Positions 37,075 through 46,797 of a stretch of 64,000 bases of DNA are shown here, in pieces. Every line of letters begins with the position of its first letter. Position 1 is the first letter of the stretch. The notes under the pieces are model-generated. The model searched no databases. It saw nothing but the letters and a program-made list of their open reading frames with translations, and was not told the DNA's origin. This DNA comes from Candidatus Foliamicus sp. (GTDB lineage Bacteria; Pseudomonadota; Gammaproteobacteria; Steroidobacterales; Foliamicaceae). Location: positions 2,734,963 to 2,798,962 of the forward strand of contig OZ242252.1 of NCBI GenBank assembly GCA_965206955.1, written 5' to 3'. Position numbers and translations under genes: made by a program.

Positions 37075-38353
37075 ACCTGAGGAAAAGAAGACTGTCGCAA
37101 GCCAACTCCGTGATATAGCGAGCAACCTCGAGTCACAACTTTCTTTCAAGCCTGAGGCACTCGATACCCAGAAACCTGGACACACTGTTCCATGGCACAA
37201 GCGGATCCAGATTCGAAGATCGGCTTTTGACAAGGCTAGCATCAAGAAACCAGCTTCCCTACATTTCACGAAACCACAGAACGGGGAGAGTAGCTATGGA
37301 ATTAACGTAGGCATTACTCTCCCAGTCAAGGAAACCGAGCGATTCTCGATCTCACCTCAATTCGAATATCATGGAAATACAAGTATCGAGAAGGAACAAG
37401 ACACTTTAAAACTCGGCTTTGTCAGCTCACTACTTCTAGGCAGTGTGGTTGAGGAGGACGAGACTGATCCATCAGGTTGGTCCCCAAGACTTGCCGCTTG
37501 GCTAACGGGAAAGCTAGACCACAAACGAGACAGGATTCTTGGTGCTTCGTCTTTGCAGCTGACTACTATGTTATATCCTCTCCACACGCGGATAGGGTTG
37601 GGTAGTGCCGTTCGGCCCTTCGGAAAGGAACTCCCACTGAGATTTGACTTTGCTTTCGGCTTTGAATATGAGGATGCCTTGGATGGCACTGGGGCTTTGG
37701 GCGGCGAGTCGCTGCGGCTAACTACCAAAGCAGGCATCTATGCAATCCCGTTCATTAGTCTCTTAGATCAGAGACTTGAGTTCAGCTTCGCCACCCAATA
37801 TTGGAAGGCGACAAGCAATTCTGGGATGTTTGATGACCAAAACAGTGAGTATGGAAATTTGAGTGCCTCTATCAACTATTTCTTCGACGACAACAAGCGC
37901 ATTGCAATGGGCGCTTCTTACGTTAACGGTGATGATCCGTCAAGCGGTTTGCTGGACCAATCGTATTTTGAAGTTGGCGTTCACGTGCGAACTGGCGATT
38001 AGTCGTGACGGCAAATTGAGGAGGCAATAGCAGAACTGAGGGGCTCGTTTTTTGCCAGTGCATTTCAGAGTGGCAAACCTCTTGAGAGGCCCCCATTTTG
38101 CTAGGCGGAACTTTGCCTTAGTCATATTTTTCTCCGGTGCTTACAGATCCGTGAATGCCCGCACGAAAGGCCGAGCACTTCTCTCATGCGGATCGCCCAT
38201 GCCGGGCCTCCCGCTGAATACAACAACCGCTAGTCGGTAAACGCGCGGGGTATCACCTCCGTGTGAGATTTGCAAAGACCCGGCTCCTATGAAGTTCGGC
38301 CCAAAACAAATTGAGCCCCGCCGAATCCTAGACCTTCGGCGAGGCTCCCAGCC

Positions 38354-38869
38354 ATGAGGGCTAAGATGCCAAACCCCTCAACCTGCGAGCATTCTATTGC
38401 AGGGCGGACTTTCGAACACTTGGGCTTCATTCGCCTGCAAAGAGGTCCGGACGGGCAACCCATCCTAGATAATCCACAAGAGGATTGTCGGCCGGAAGAT
38501 ATCCATCCCAAACTGGAAGGCCCATTTTGCCGACTGCGATTGCCCAAGCTACCCAAAAGCGCCGGGGTCTATATTGTGGTAACGAACGGTACGCCAGCCT
38601 ATGTCGGGACCGCAGATAATCTATACAAACGGTGGCACAGCGGCTACAAAAAAATCAGCAAGTCCAATTGCAAGCGTAACGGGCAACCAACCAACTGCCG
38701 GGTCAACCATCTTATCTTGGAAGCCCGAGAACGAGGCCAGCAAGTTGGGCTGCTATTCTGTAAATGTCAGACCCTGGAACAGCGTGACCGTTCCCCCGTA
38801 ATCCGAGCACCCTTTGATGTGGGATTTCCTTGTATTGAGGGGCCCCCTTTTTCCGTACCAGATCGTTAG
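38354..38869 (+). CDS. GIY-YIG-like nuclease domain protein; 3' end runs into the IS3 terminus
   Basis: SAGVYIVVTNGTPAYVGTADNLYKRWHSGY. The last about 30 codons are IS3-end sequence, so the native C-terminus is probably lost. Confidence 0.55.
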   Translation: MRAKMPNPSTCEHSIAGRTFEHLGFIRLQRGPDGQPILDNPQEDCRPEDIHPKLEGPFCRLRLPKLPKSAGVYIVVTNGTPAYVGTADNLYKRWHSGYKKISKSNCKRNGQPTNCRVNHLILEARERGQQVGLLFCKCQTLEQRDRSPVIRAPFDVGFPCIEGPPFSVPDR

Positions 38870-39714
38870 CGAATTTCTGACCTTCGTTCGGCCCATCGGG
38901 CCTTGAATTCCAGGGGCGAGAGCTCATCGAGAGACCGGTGAGGCCGGCTCTCGTTGTACTCTCGCCGCCAAGCTTGCAATTTCTCCTTGGCATCCGTCAA
39001 ATCGTCGAACCAGTGCACATTCAGGCATTCGTCCCGCAGACTGCCGTTGAACGACTCGATGAACGCATTGTCCGTCGGCTTTCCGGGCCGAGAGAACTCC
39101 ATCACAACACCATTGGCATAGGCCCACAGATCGACCAGGCGCCCCACGAATTCACTGCCGTTATCGCAGTGAATCCGCTTCGGAGCGCCACCTCTCTTGG
39201 CGATCCGACTGAGCACGTTGACGACATCGGCGCTTCGTAAGCTCTTGCCCAGCTCGATGGCCAGACATTCTCGCGTGAAGACATCCACGACCGTCAGCGC
39301 TCGAAAGCGCTGCCCATCGGATGTCTGATCACTGACGAAGTCCATGCTCCAGGCCACGTTGGGCGCCCGCGGCTTTGCCCGGGGCGGTTGCCGGCTTGCT
39401 GCGCTCACATGCCGCCTGGGCCGGCGAGGCCGTTACTGCAAGCCTTCCTGGCAATACAGGCGATACACGCGCTTCTTGTTGACGTGGATCCCCTGGCGCT
39501 TGAGCAGCACGTGGATGCGCTTGTAGCCGTAACGGATCCGGCTGCGGGCCAGGTCCCGGATACGCTGACGCAGCGCCTCCTGCGAAGGACGGATCGACTT
39601 GTACTGAAACGTGTTGCGAGCCGTGCCGGTGACCTCACAGCCGCGCCGCTCGCTCACCGAGTAGCGTCCGGCGAGATAGCGCACCGCCGAGCGGCGTTGC
39701 GATGCGCCTACCAT
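38866..39714 (-). pseudogene. IS3-family transposase OrfB (rve/DDE) interrupted by in-frame TAA
   Basis: ..VYRLYCQEGLQ-TAA(39433-39435)-RPRRP..NVAWSMDFV..HCDNGSEF..; same frame on both sides of the stop. Confidence 0.8.
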
Positions 39715-39974
39715 TTTTTTCCCGCTATGTCCTGAAGCATCACCTTGTCCAGGCTCAAATCGGCCACCAGGCGCTTGAGCCTGGCGTTCTCCTCGCGCAG
39801 CCGCTTCAGCTCCCGGACCTCGGAAGCCTCTAAGCCTCCATACTGCTTCTTCCAGCGATAAAAGGTCTGCTCCGCAATCCCCAGCTTGCGGGCAATGTCC
39901 GCCGCCGAGACCCCCAAATCATGCTGCCTGACCGCTGCTACGATCTGTTCTACCGAGTAGCGCTTGTGCTTCAT
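39708..39974 (-). CDS. IS3-family transposase OrfA (HTH)
   Basis: YSVEQIVAAVRQHDLGVSAADIARKLGIAEQTFYRWKKQY. Ends in GGAAAAAAATGG (A7 at 39714-39720). Confidence 0.9.
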   Translation of the reverse strand: MKHKRYSVEQIVAAVRQHDLGVSAADIARKLGIAEQTFYRWKKQYGGLEASEVRELKRLREENARLKRLVADLSLDKVMLQDIAGKKW

Positions 39975-40547
39975 CCGACATCCTCCTTCCTCGTCTAGAG
40001 TTTGTCAGAAATCACATCCTACGTGGCCCAGTTCTTGGGTAGCCCGTCAAGAATGCGTCTTGCTGCTGCCTGGAATTAGATTGCGCCTCGTCCGGAAGGC
40101 TTGCAAAATCGCATCCGAAGTGGCCCAAATTTTGGATAGACCCTCAGTTGTATACGCTGACACGAGTGGTGACATCTCCTAACCAGCACGACCGCACCAA
40201 TTCGCAAGCCCCGAATGAACGTGGAATACCAACGCCCTCACCGCCACTCGACCATGTACCGCTCCCAAATACCTTCCGGAAGATCTGCCAGACCACGACA
40301 CTGCGGTTCCACATCACGTCGCTCGGCCAAGGCAGCGTGAACCGACCTCCACTGCGAAGAAGGAACAGGGCTTCCATCCATTTTATCTGTATATTGCCAA
40401 CGTCGTAGAGTACCTAGAGCCGTAAACCTGTTCCTGCAGGCAAAATCAACTGTCCAATCGCGGACCGCTTCCCAGTAGAGTCGTTAACCAGCGCAATCGG
40501 GTTCGATTTTTCCCAATAGTGACTCCAATCATATTCCGTAAATCGAT

Positions 40548-42302
40548 CTATCGTTTTGCTTCCCGTCTTCGTCTCGCCCATATTCCGTTCGATCTAGTCT
40601 CGCCCTTTGCCTTGTCTACGTACTCTTGTATCGTCAAGCCGGAGTCCAAGCCGTGCCTAAGGCCCGACAACTCACGACTCGGCAGAGAAATCAACACAGC
40701 AGTCACGTCTACGTCGCTGGGCGGCCCCTCGTATGTCACGTTTTCAAGCGATGTTAGATACATCGAAGTCGGAGTCCCCTCGGTGAACCCAAGTGCAGCG
40801 CCGCTAAGCATTGCTCCGTCAGCGTTTGAAATTCTAAAATCCGTACCGTGCAGTCTCGCTCCAGTGAAGTTTGCTCCATGCAACATTGCGCCCCTCAAGA
40901 TTGCGCCCTGCAAGAATGTCCCACCCAAGTCCGCTCCTTGCAAACCCGCCGACATGAGATTCGCTCCCTGCAAGTAAGCCACGCCTAAATCCGCGCCAGC
41001 CAACTGCGCCCCGTAGAGCTCTGCACCTACAAACTGCGCCGTTGTCATTTGGCTCCCCCGAAAATTCGCTCTCCACAGGTAGGCGGAGTTAAACTTAGCT
41101 CGGAGTAGGTTGGCTCCCTCAAAACTCGATTCTCCAGCTCGCACGCCCGTGAGATCAGCATCCGACAGGTCTGCGCGTCTGAAGTTCGAACCACTTAACT
41201 CCGCCCCTTGAAGCTTAGCGAAGCGCAGATCTGCACCTCCCAAGTCGACCGAGTGCAGCCGGGAGAACCGGAGGTGCCTACTATTCAGATCAAGGTAGCG
41301 CTGCTGGTCACGCTGTTCACGTTGACCTGCTCCGGTTCCAGCCAAGGAAGAACCTTCGAAGACAACATCAGATCCTTCACTCACGTCCAAGAAGCGGCAA
41401 GCGCGTTGCCACCATTTGCAAGGCCCCACGTCGATGATATTTTTACCAGAGACCGCGGAACTCCAGAACCCTTCTTCTGACATTCCCCATACGGTGTTCC
41501 GACTCTCCTCAGCGGTCGCTGCCTCGAAACTAGGCGGATGTGCGTAGACCAAAACCAACAGCAGGAAACACGCTGCCGGAGCCCGCGCAGCTAGGTAAAG
41601 TAGTCGGCGAGCGTTCTCCGAAGTTGGGATAATCCGATGGCCCAAAAAAACAGAGAACAGCCTATCTGCAAGCAGGAACGGAAGTGCCAAGGTATCCCGT
41701 GGGTAGAGTGATCTGCCAAAGCACGAGATTAGCAAGAAGTCGAATAGGAGTATGGCATGATGAAACCAAGTTATTCCCGCTGATTGATACCGGATGAATG
41801 AGAGATCAACTGCGAAGAGCAAGAGCAACGGTATGCAAGTCGTCACTAGCCAGACGAGCACTCTCGCGACGAACGTCGCACCGCGCTCAGGATGATATAT
41901 CTGGACGAACGGGAAGGTAGTCAGCCAATCCCAATGATGCCGCGTCCGGACATCACCTGTGTGCTTTTCTGATTCAGTCTGCCGGCTTTCGTTAGACCTA
42001 AGTAGCACTCGATATGAGCGCAATTGTCGCGCTACCGTGCTCAGAATGAACATGCCGTGAATATGAAGGAGAACAAATACTAGTGGCGCAATGATGTAGC
42101 TGCTCTCGACGGAAAGACCGACACCCAACTGTGGCAACACCACTTGGCCATTTATTAGCAAGTTGTAGTCGGTGGACGCGACTAGCGTTAGAAGAATATA
42201 GAGGGACACCACAAGCAGCGCAACGAAGGTCGCACGTGCTGTAGATGCGTTGACATTGATGGATGTGGCTAGCGCCTGGAGTTCAGTGGAGTGAGGGCTC
42301 AT
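40548..42302 (-). CDS. Polytopic membrane protein with long C-terminal pentapeptide-repeat domain
   Basis: Several N-terminal TM segments. About 35 pentapeptide units (..LRFAKLQGAELSGSNFRRADLSDADLTGV...). Confidence 0.8.
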   Translation of the reverse strand: MSPHSTELQALATSINVNASTARATFVALLVVSLYILLTLVASTDYNLLINGQVVLPQLGVGLSVESSYIIAPLVFVLLHIHGMFILSTVARQLRSYRVLLRSNESRQTESEKHTGDVRTRHHWDWLTTFPFVQIYHPERGATFVARVLVWLVTTCIPLLLLFAVDLSFIRYQSAGITWFHHAILLFDFLLISCFGRSLYPRDTLALPFLLADRLFSVFLGHRIIPTSENARRLLYLAARAPAACFLLLVLVYAHPPSFEAATAEESRNTVWGMSEEGFWSSAVSGKNIIDVGPCKWWQRACRFLDVSEGSDVVFEGSSLAGTGAGQREQRDQQRYLDLNSRHLRFSRLHSVDLGGADLRFAKLQGAELSGSNFRRADLSDADLTGVRAGESSFEGANLLRAKFNSAYLWRANFRGSQMTTAQFVGAELYGAQLAGADLGVAYLQGANLMSAGLQGADLGGTFLQGAILRGAMLHGANFTGARLHGTDFRISNADGAMLSGAALGFTEGTPTSMYLTSLENVTYEGPPSDVDVTAVLISLPSRELSGLRHGLDSGLTIQEYVDKAKGETRSNGIWARRRREAKR

Positions 42303-42395
42303 TTGAATTAACCTCTGAGGGAGTATTACTTCGGCAGTGATAGGGGACCAACCAGTAAGAACTAACTCCTATTGCTACAGCCTTCCTCAATTTTT

Positions 42396-42488
42396 CAGAA
42401 ATTCGCCAACGGTCTGGCTCAGAAAACGTGGGCCTCTCATTTGCTGATCCTCCCACATCCAGAGTGGCTCGGACCCAGGGGAACGGTC
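42396..42488 (+). mobile_element. Solo IS3 right-end remnant (about 95 bp, inverted relative to the full copy)
   Basis: tcagaaattcgccaacggtctgg...cccacatcc...ggggaacggtc is the reverse complement of 38785-38882. Confidence 0.6.
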
Positions 42489-42630
42489 GGCTTCGCTAAC
42501 CAAAAGGCGAGCTGTCCAACGGCCAACCGAATCGCTCGCACGCATAGGCTAGACCAGCTAAGTCCCCGTAGATCGAAGGCTCACACAACTCGATCCGACA
42601 ACCTTCGCGCAGGACGCCGAAACTCCAAAG

Positions 42631-42804
42631 CTATTGTTCTCCAATGACATTCCAGGTCGTGCTAAGACTCCACCCTTCTTTTTCGGATCCCTGATACGAA
42701 CTCTCAATTGCTCCGGCCTTTAGCCTAAGCTCAACCTCCTTGTCCATTTGAGCCTTACTGGTCCCCGCTGGAAATTGTTCTACCGTTTCAAATGTGGCTG
42801 GCAT
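42631..42804 (-). CDS. Small hypothetical protein (57 aa)
   Basis: ATG lies 1 nt after the stop of the upstream lipoprotein gene. MPATFETVEQFPAGTSKAQMDKEVELRLKAGAIES... Not in the ORF track (below the length cutoff). Confidence 0.35.
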   Translation of the reverse strand: MPATFETVEQFPAGTSKAQMDKEVELRLKAGAIESSYQGSEKEGWSLSTTWNVIGEQ

Positions 42805-42805
42805 G

Positions 42806-43777
42806 TTACTGCTGCTCCTTTAAGGACTGCATGGCTGCCTCCCAATTCTCCAGGTTTTCCTGCTCCCGATTAGCCAATAGCACCAACAGCATCTTAAGGA
42901 TTTCCTTGGCCTTCGCTGGCTCCTCTGCGAACACGGAAGAAGCCTGACTCAAGTCTGTTCCTCCCAACCGAGCCTTGACCGCGCGTAGGGTATTTCCATC
43001 GATTTCAGAAGGCGGATTCTGGAGAATTTCTGCTGCAGCACTGTCTCCAAGGTCGTTTGCTAGACTAATCAACTCATCGACTTGCGCCTGCGCTCTTGCA
43101 GTAGCAAAGACCTCGCTACGGACTATATCTATTTGGCTCTCTGCTCTTGCTTTTGTCTCGCCCGCAGTTGCCAACACCTCCGCAATAGCGCCAGGAATCG
43201 TTCCAGCTTGCAAGTAGCGCTCCAAGTCTGCAAGCGCACGACCTAAGGGATACTCCAAATGGTTCAGTGTTAATCCGCCCAATATTTCGGCGCGAACTTC
43301 ATCCCGCTTCGCATCCATCAAAGCTAGCAACGCTGGTAGGGTACGTTCATAGTAGACGTTCTTGTTTATCGCGGTTCCCGTTCCTGAAATACCGCCTGAG
43401 AGTGCCGAAAGAAGCTTGCTTGTATCCGCGTCACTAACGGCTGCGCCCGCTGCTCCTACGGCTACGCCAAGTACGTCGATCGAAAGATTGGAGACTATCC
43501 CTTCTCTGTAAATGGCTTCCTGAAACACGCCATACTGCAAATCAAGTGCGAGCAGACGTCCGTGCACAACCATGTCACGATATTCACGCTTTTCTCCGTC
43601 CGGTTGCCCATCAAAATCTGCGAGCACGTCTTTGGCTGGCAAGAAATACAATTCTTGTAGCTTTCTAAGTTTCTCGGTTACTGACTCTGGTCTATCAGGA
43701 TAGCCGCCTATCGACACACAACCGCAAACTACAAGCACTAGGGGAAGGATGATCAATCTCAAAGGCAGTCTAGGCAT
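42806..43777 (-). CDS. Hypothetical lipoprotein
   Basis: MPRLPLRLIILPLVLVVCGC (lipobox-like). Otherwise unrecognised helical protein. Confidence 0.6.
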   Translation of the reverse strand: MPRLPLRLIILPLVLVVCGCVSIGGYPDRPESVTEKLRKLQELYFLPAKDVLADFDGQPDGEKREYRDMVVHGRLLALDLQYGVFQEAIYREGIVSNLSIDVLGVAVGAAGAAVSDADTSKLLSALSGGISGTGTAINKNVYYERTLPALLALMDAKRDEVRAEILGGLTLNHLEYPLGRALADLERYLQAGTIPGAIAEVLATAGETKARAESQIDIVRSEVFATARAQAQVDELISLANDLGDSAAAEILQNPPSEIDGNTLRAVKARLGGTDLSQASSVFAEEPAKAKEILKMLLVLLANREQENLENWEAAMQSLKEQQ

Positions 43778-43887
43778 TACTCTCGCTCCTGTAGACAAAA
43801 ACCCCCGCTTTTGATGCGATACAAACAAATGCTAACAGGAATTTCAGAGTGCGCGAGATTTGCGCGAGGTGTACGAAATACTTCTGG

Positions 43888-44142
43888 TCAGAGCCTCAAT
43901 TCCTGTTTGAGCTGATTGGAAGAAATCACCTGACCGTCGTCAATATCCTTCCAGGCCCTATCCAACTCCCTCCGGAACTCGTCGGTCAGTTCTTCGTCTT
44001 CTTCCGGTACGCTCATCAGGAACTTGAGATATGGATCGCCGCGGTCCTTAAGGTATTCCAGATACCGCACGGCCGCCTGAATCTCCTCTTCCGGGAGCTG
44101 CTCAATTAGCTCTGCCAGCCGATTCTTGTCCTGCGCATCCAT
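43888..44142 (-). CDS. Small acidic protein, antitoxin-like
   Basis: MDAQDKNRLAELIEQLPEEEIQAAVRYLEYL...AWKDIDDGQVISSNQLKQELRL. Located 60 nt downstream of HNH copy A. Confidence 0.4.
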   Translation of the reverse strand: MDAQDKNRLAELIEQLPEEEIQAAVRYLEYLKDRGDPYLKFLMSVPEEDEELTDEFRRELDRAWKDIDDGQVISSNQLKQELRL

Positions 44143-44202
44143 ACTGGCCCATTCTAACCATACGGACTCCTTACCCAACCAAGACACTCCACCAAACATA
44201 AG

Positions 44203-45129
44203 TTACGCTGCCCTGCGAAATACCTCATACCGCTGTGCCAACCGCTCCCGATCCGGACAATCTGCGGGCCGCCGCGGCAGGTGAATCTTCCCTCCATCAA
44301 GCAACTTAAGTGCTTCCAGCATCTTGCCGTCGTGCTGCTCAAGAAGGCGGTCCGAGACGTGCACGCGATAGTCGGGATCGATGCCGATCAGGTAGGCGTC
44401 GAAGGCTGCGTGATGGATCTTCGACAGCGGTAATCCATTGGGCACAACGGGCTGTCCCAACTGCTCGTTGGCGTCAGGAATGATGTGTGCGGCGTCGAGG
44501 AGCCGTTTCTCCGGCAGTCCAGAGAGCGAACAGCGGCCCTGATAAGCACTGATCACCGCCTCGCGGAACGACGCCTGGTGCAGCCGCTGCTTGACAGTGC
44601 GAAGCGCATAACGGCGCTCCTGAACGTCTTGGGGAGCCACAAGTTCTTGCTGATCCGGAGCGCCGAACACGATCCGGGCGTTTAGCGCGTTCGCATCCCA
44701 GCCCGCCACATACACCGGCACAATGGCCTGGTAACGACCGGGCGCGATGCCAAGGAAATAAATCACCGGGATCCGGTTTTCGTAGGCCGCTCGAAGCCAT
44801 TGGTTGTCGGCGGCGTTCGGGTCATTCCCCATAAAGGCGTAGTCGATCGCGTCGTCGCCTTCGAAGATTTGACGGTGGACTTGCCGCTGATCGTCGTACT
44901 AGACCCGTCCGCACGGGCGAGGAAACACAGTCCTGATCGAAAGCAGGTAACGCATGCTCCTTGGCTTGAAGATCCCGCGCTGCGGGTTCACGAGGGGGAC
45001 ACGCTGACCTTCGAAGGTGAACCCGGAGCTCAACTCCCTTTGCGTGAGGTGATCATGCATTTTGCTCAGGAGCCTGACGCGCGCGAAAGCCGCGAGGCGC
45101 ATAAGCATGTCGGTGTCGTTGGAGCTCAC
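44203..45129 (-). pseudogene. HNH (HNH_2-type) endonuclease with PUA/SRA-like N-terminal domain, copy A, single amber codon
   Basis: 927-nt frame identical in length to copies B and C. TGG>TAG at 44899-44901 (..GRV-stop-YDDQ..). HNH core DAAHIIP...LSKIHHAAFD. Confidence 0.85.
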
Positions 45130-45318
45130 GCGATTGTTATGAGTTCAGGAAAGGGAACCTGGTGCGCAAGCTTACAGCCATCCGCAGTTTCTAGTATGTC
45201 AAGATGGAAAATGCCCGTATTTCGCCACATTTGGATGCGTAGCTGAAATTGGCCGCAATCGCGTAGCAATCCACTAAGTTTTCGCCCGATTCCGATCTCG
45301 GTTGGTGATCGAAAACTT

Positions 45319-45490
45319 TGACCGTTCCCCCGTAATCCGAGCCACCCTGGATGTGGGAGACGCAGCAACTGAGGAGCCCCCTTTTCCCGGGCCAGTTCGT
45401 TAGCGAATTTCTGACTTGTTTTTGGCCCATCGGGCCTTAAATTCCAGGGGCGAGAGTTCATCGAGAGACCGGTGAGGGCTGGTCTCTCTC
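45319..45490 (-). mobile_element. Solo IS3 right-end remnant
   Basis: tgaccgttcccccgtaatccgag...cgttagcgaatttctga...gggccttaaattccaggggcgagag.tcatcgagagaccggtgag matches 38785-38945. Confidence 0.65.
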
Positions 45491-45666
45491 GTCAGGGTGG
45501 AAATTATGCGTGTTTGGCTTTTCTCGGCATTTGATTCCATTAGTCCACGAATACAAAGGAATACGGCAGGAGATCAGGATAGTAATAATTAGAGCCCAAT
45601 GAAAAGAACTCAGGAGATCCCCATTGCATTTCGAACAGGAGTGACAATGTTCTACCTGGACTTGGC

Positions 45667-46797
45667 CTACTCAAGTTGTCCGAAGAATCCGTCCTCAAGA
45701 GTCTCATGCTCACTTAACAACAAGTCGTCTACTCTTAGGCCAATATCCTTCGGCAAATTTCCGGCAGCAACAAGATATCGGTTCATGCCGAGCAAAAGCT
45801 GTCGTAGCCGCGTGTCAAAAACAAACTTCTCTTGAAGGACCTTGTCGAACTCAGGAACACTGGCTGTTACAGTTCGAATGGCAAGTTCCTTGAATACGTG
45901 AGAGCAGGAAAGCAGACTCTTCGGGGTGGAAATAGATAGACCAGCATAATTGACAAACATTTCCCACGCGGGTATATCAATCGTTTTTTGTTTGGCAAGC
46001 ATTGCTATCTTGCCCCTAATCTTGAACTCGTCCCTGCCGCCCCAAATGTAGTAGCGAAGCACTTTCTCAAACGAAGCTTTGTCCATGCTGGCCTCGTAGA
46101 ATCGGCTTATGTCTTGAGCCATGGAACCCCAAAGAATTGTGGCAGCAGCTAAGACATCGAGAAAGACCGCAATATGCTGCGCTCTTGCCGGATCAAAGTA
46201 TCCTTGGGCGCGCCGCAAGTCAGCAATTAAGTTTCTGAAGGTTCTCCAAGGGACTGTGGTTAGTGGAACCTCATTGCGAATTAGCCCAAATAGGCTCCCC
46301 GTCCAATCGTTCTGCGAAAAAGCATCATGTACAGCTTCCCAACGACTGATTGAAGACTGGTAGTGGTTGTCAGCCGGGAAAGATTCATCCGCTCTTCGGC
46401 CTAATTCGAGAAAAGATCTCTCATTGTGCAAATCAACTCCACAAACCAATGCCGAAAGTCTATGATTCGTCACTGGGCGTGTCCTCAGTATCACATACGC
46501 TTGGTCAAATCCGACATACTCCTTTACCCCAGCTGCCCAAAATGCGCGATTTATCGGACTCATTCTCCTGGAGGACTTGCAATCAAAGAACACATGGCGC
46601 TGAATTCCCTCGCTATCCGCAACGATGCCCACGACGTCCAAGTCAGTAAGCACCTCTTTCGAATCGCTCAATCTAGAGATACTAGGAGTTAGGACCTCAA
46701 GAAAGGGTACGGAGCCTCTTGTCAGGCAATACCGCACAGCCAATTCCTTCAAAAACCTATCTTTATCATACTTGCCCATCGAATTCGCGTTGCCCAC
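45667..46797 (-). CDS. Hypothetical protein with N-terminal PD-(D/E)xK nuclease-like motif
   Basis: ..FLEV..(x20)..TDLDVVGIV..(x10)..VFFDCKS matches the E / D / (D/E)xK spacing of restriction-endonuclease-fold proteins. The GTG start overlaps the upstream stop by 1 nt. Confidence 0.55.
   Translation of the reverse strand: MGNANSMGKYDKDRFLKELAVRYCLTRGSVPFLEVLTPSISRLSDSKEVLTDLDVVGIVADSEGIQRHVFFDCKSSRRMSPINRAFWAAGVKEYVGFDQAYVILRTRPVTNHRLSALVCGVDLHNERSFLELGRRADESFPADNHYQSSISRWEAVHDAFSQNDWTGSLFGLIRNEVPLTTVPWRTFRNLIADLRRAQGYFDPARAQHIAVFLDVLAAATILWGSMAQDISRFYEASMDKASFEKVLRYYIWGGRDEFKIRGKIAMLAKQKTIDIPAWEMFVNYAGLSISTPKSLLSCSHVFKELAIRTVTASVPEFDKVLQEKFVFDTRLRQLLLGMNRYLVAAGNLPKDIGLRVDDLLLSEHETLEDGFFGQLE

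Larger units (their letters stand above)
35608..38002 (+). pseudogene. Secreted / outer-membrane-like protein gene split by IS4-family insertion
   Basis: GTG start with aggaga RBS and signal peptide (ILAIVFAVFICALPVLA). The frame is continuous across the IS once the IS and one 9-bp duplication are removed (..LSPE|EKKTVASQL..), then runs to 38002. Confidence 0.65.
38785..40050 (-). mobile_element. IS3-family insertion sequence (ends not confidently defined)
   Basis: orfA/orfB organisation with an A7 slippery run. The low-coordinate end starts TGACCGTTCCCCC, as in the solo remnants. Confidence 0.75.
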
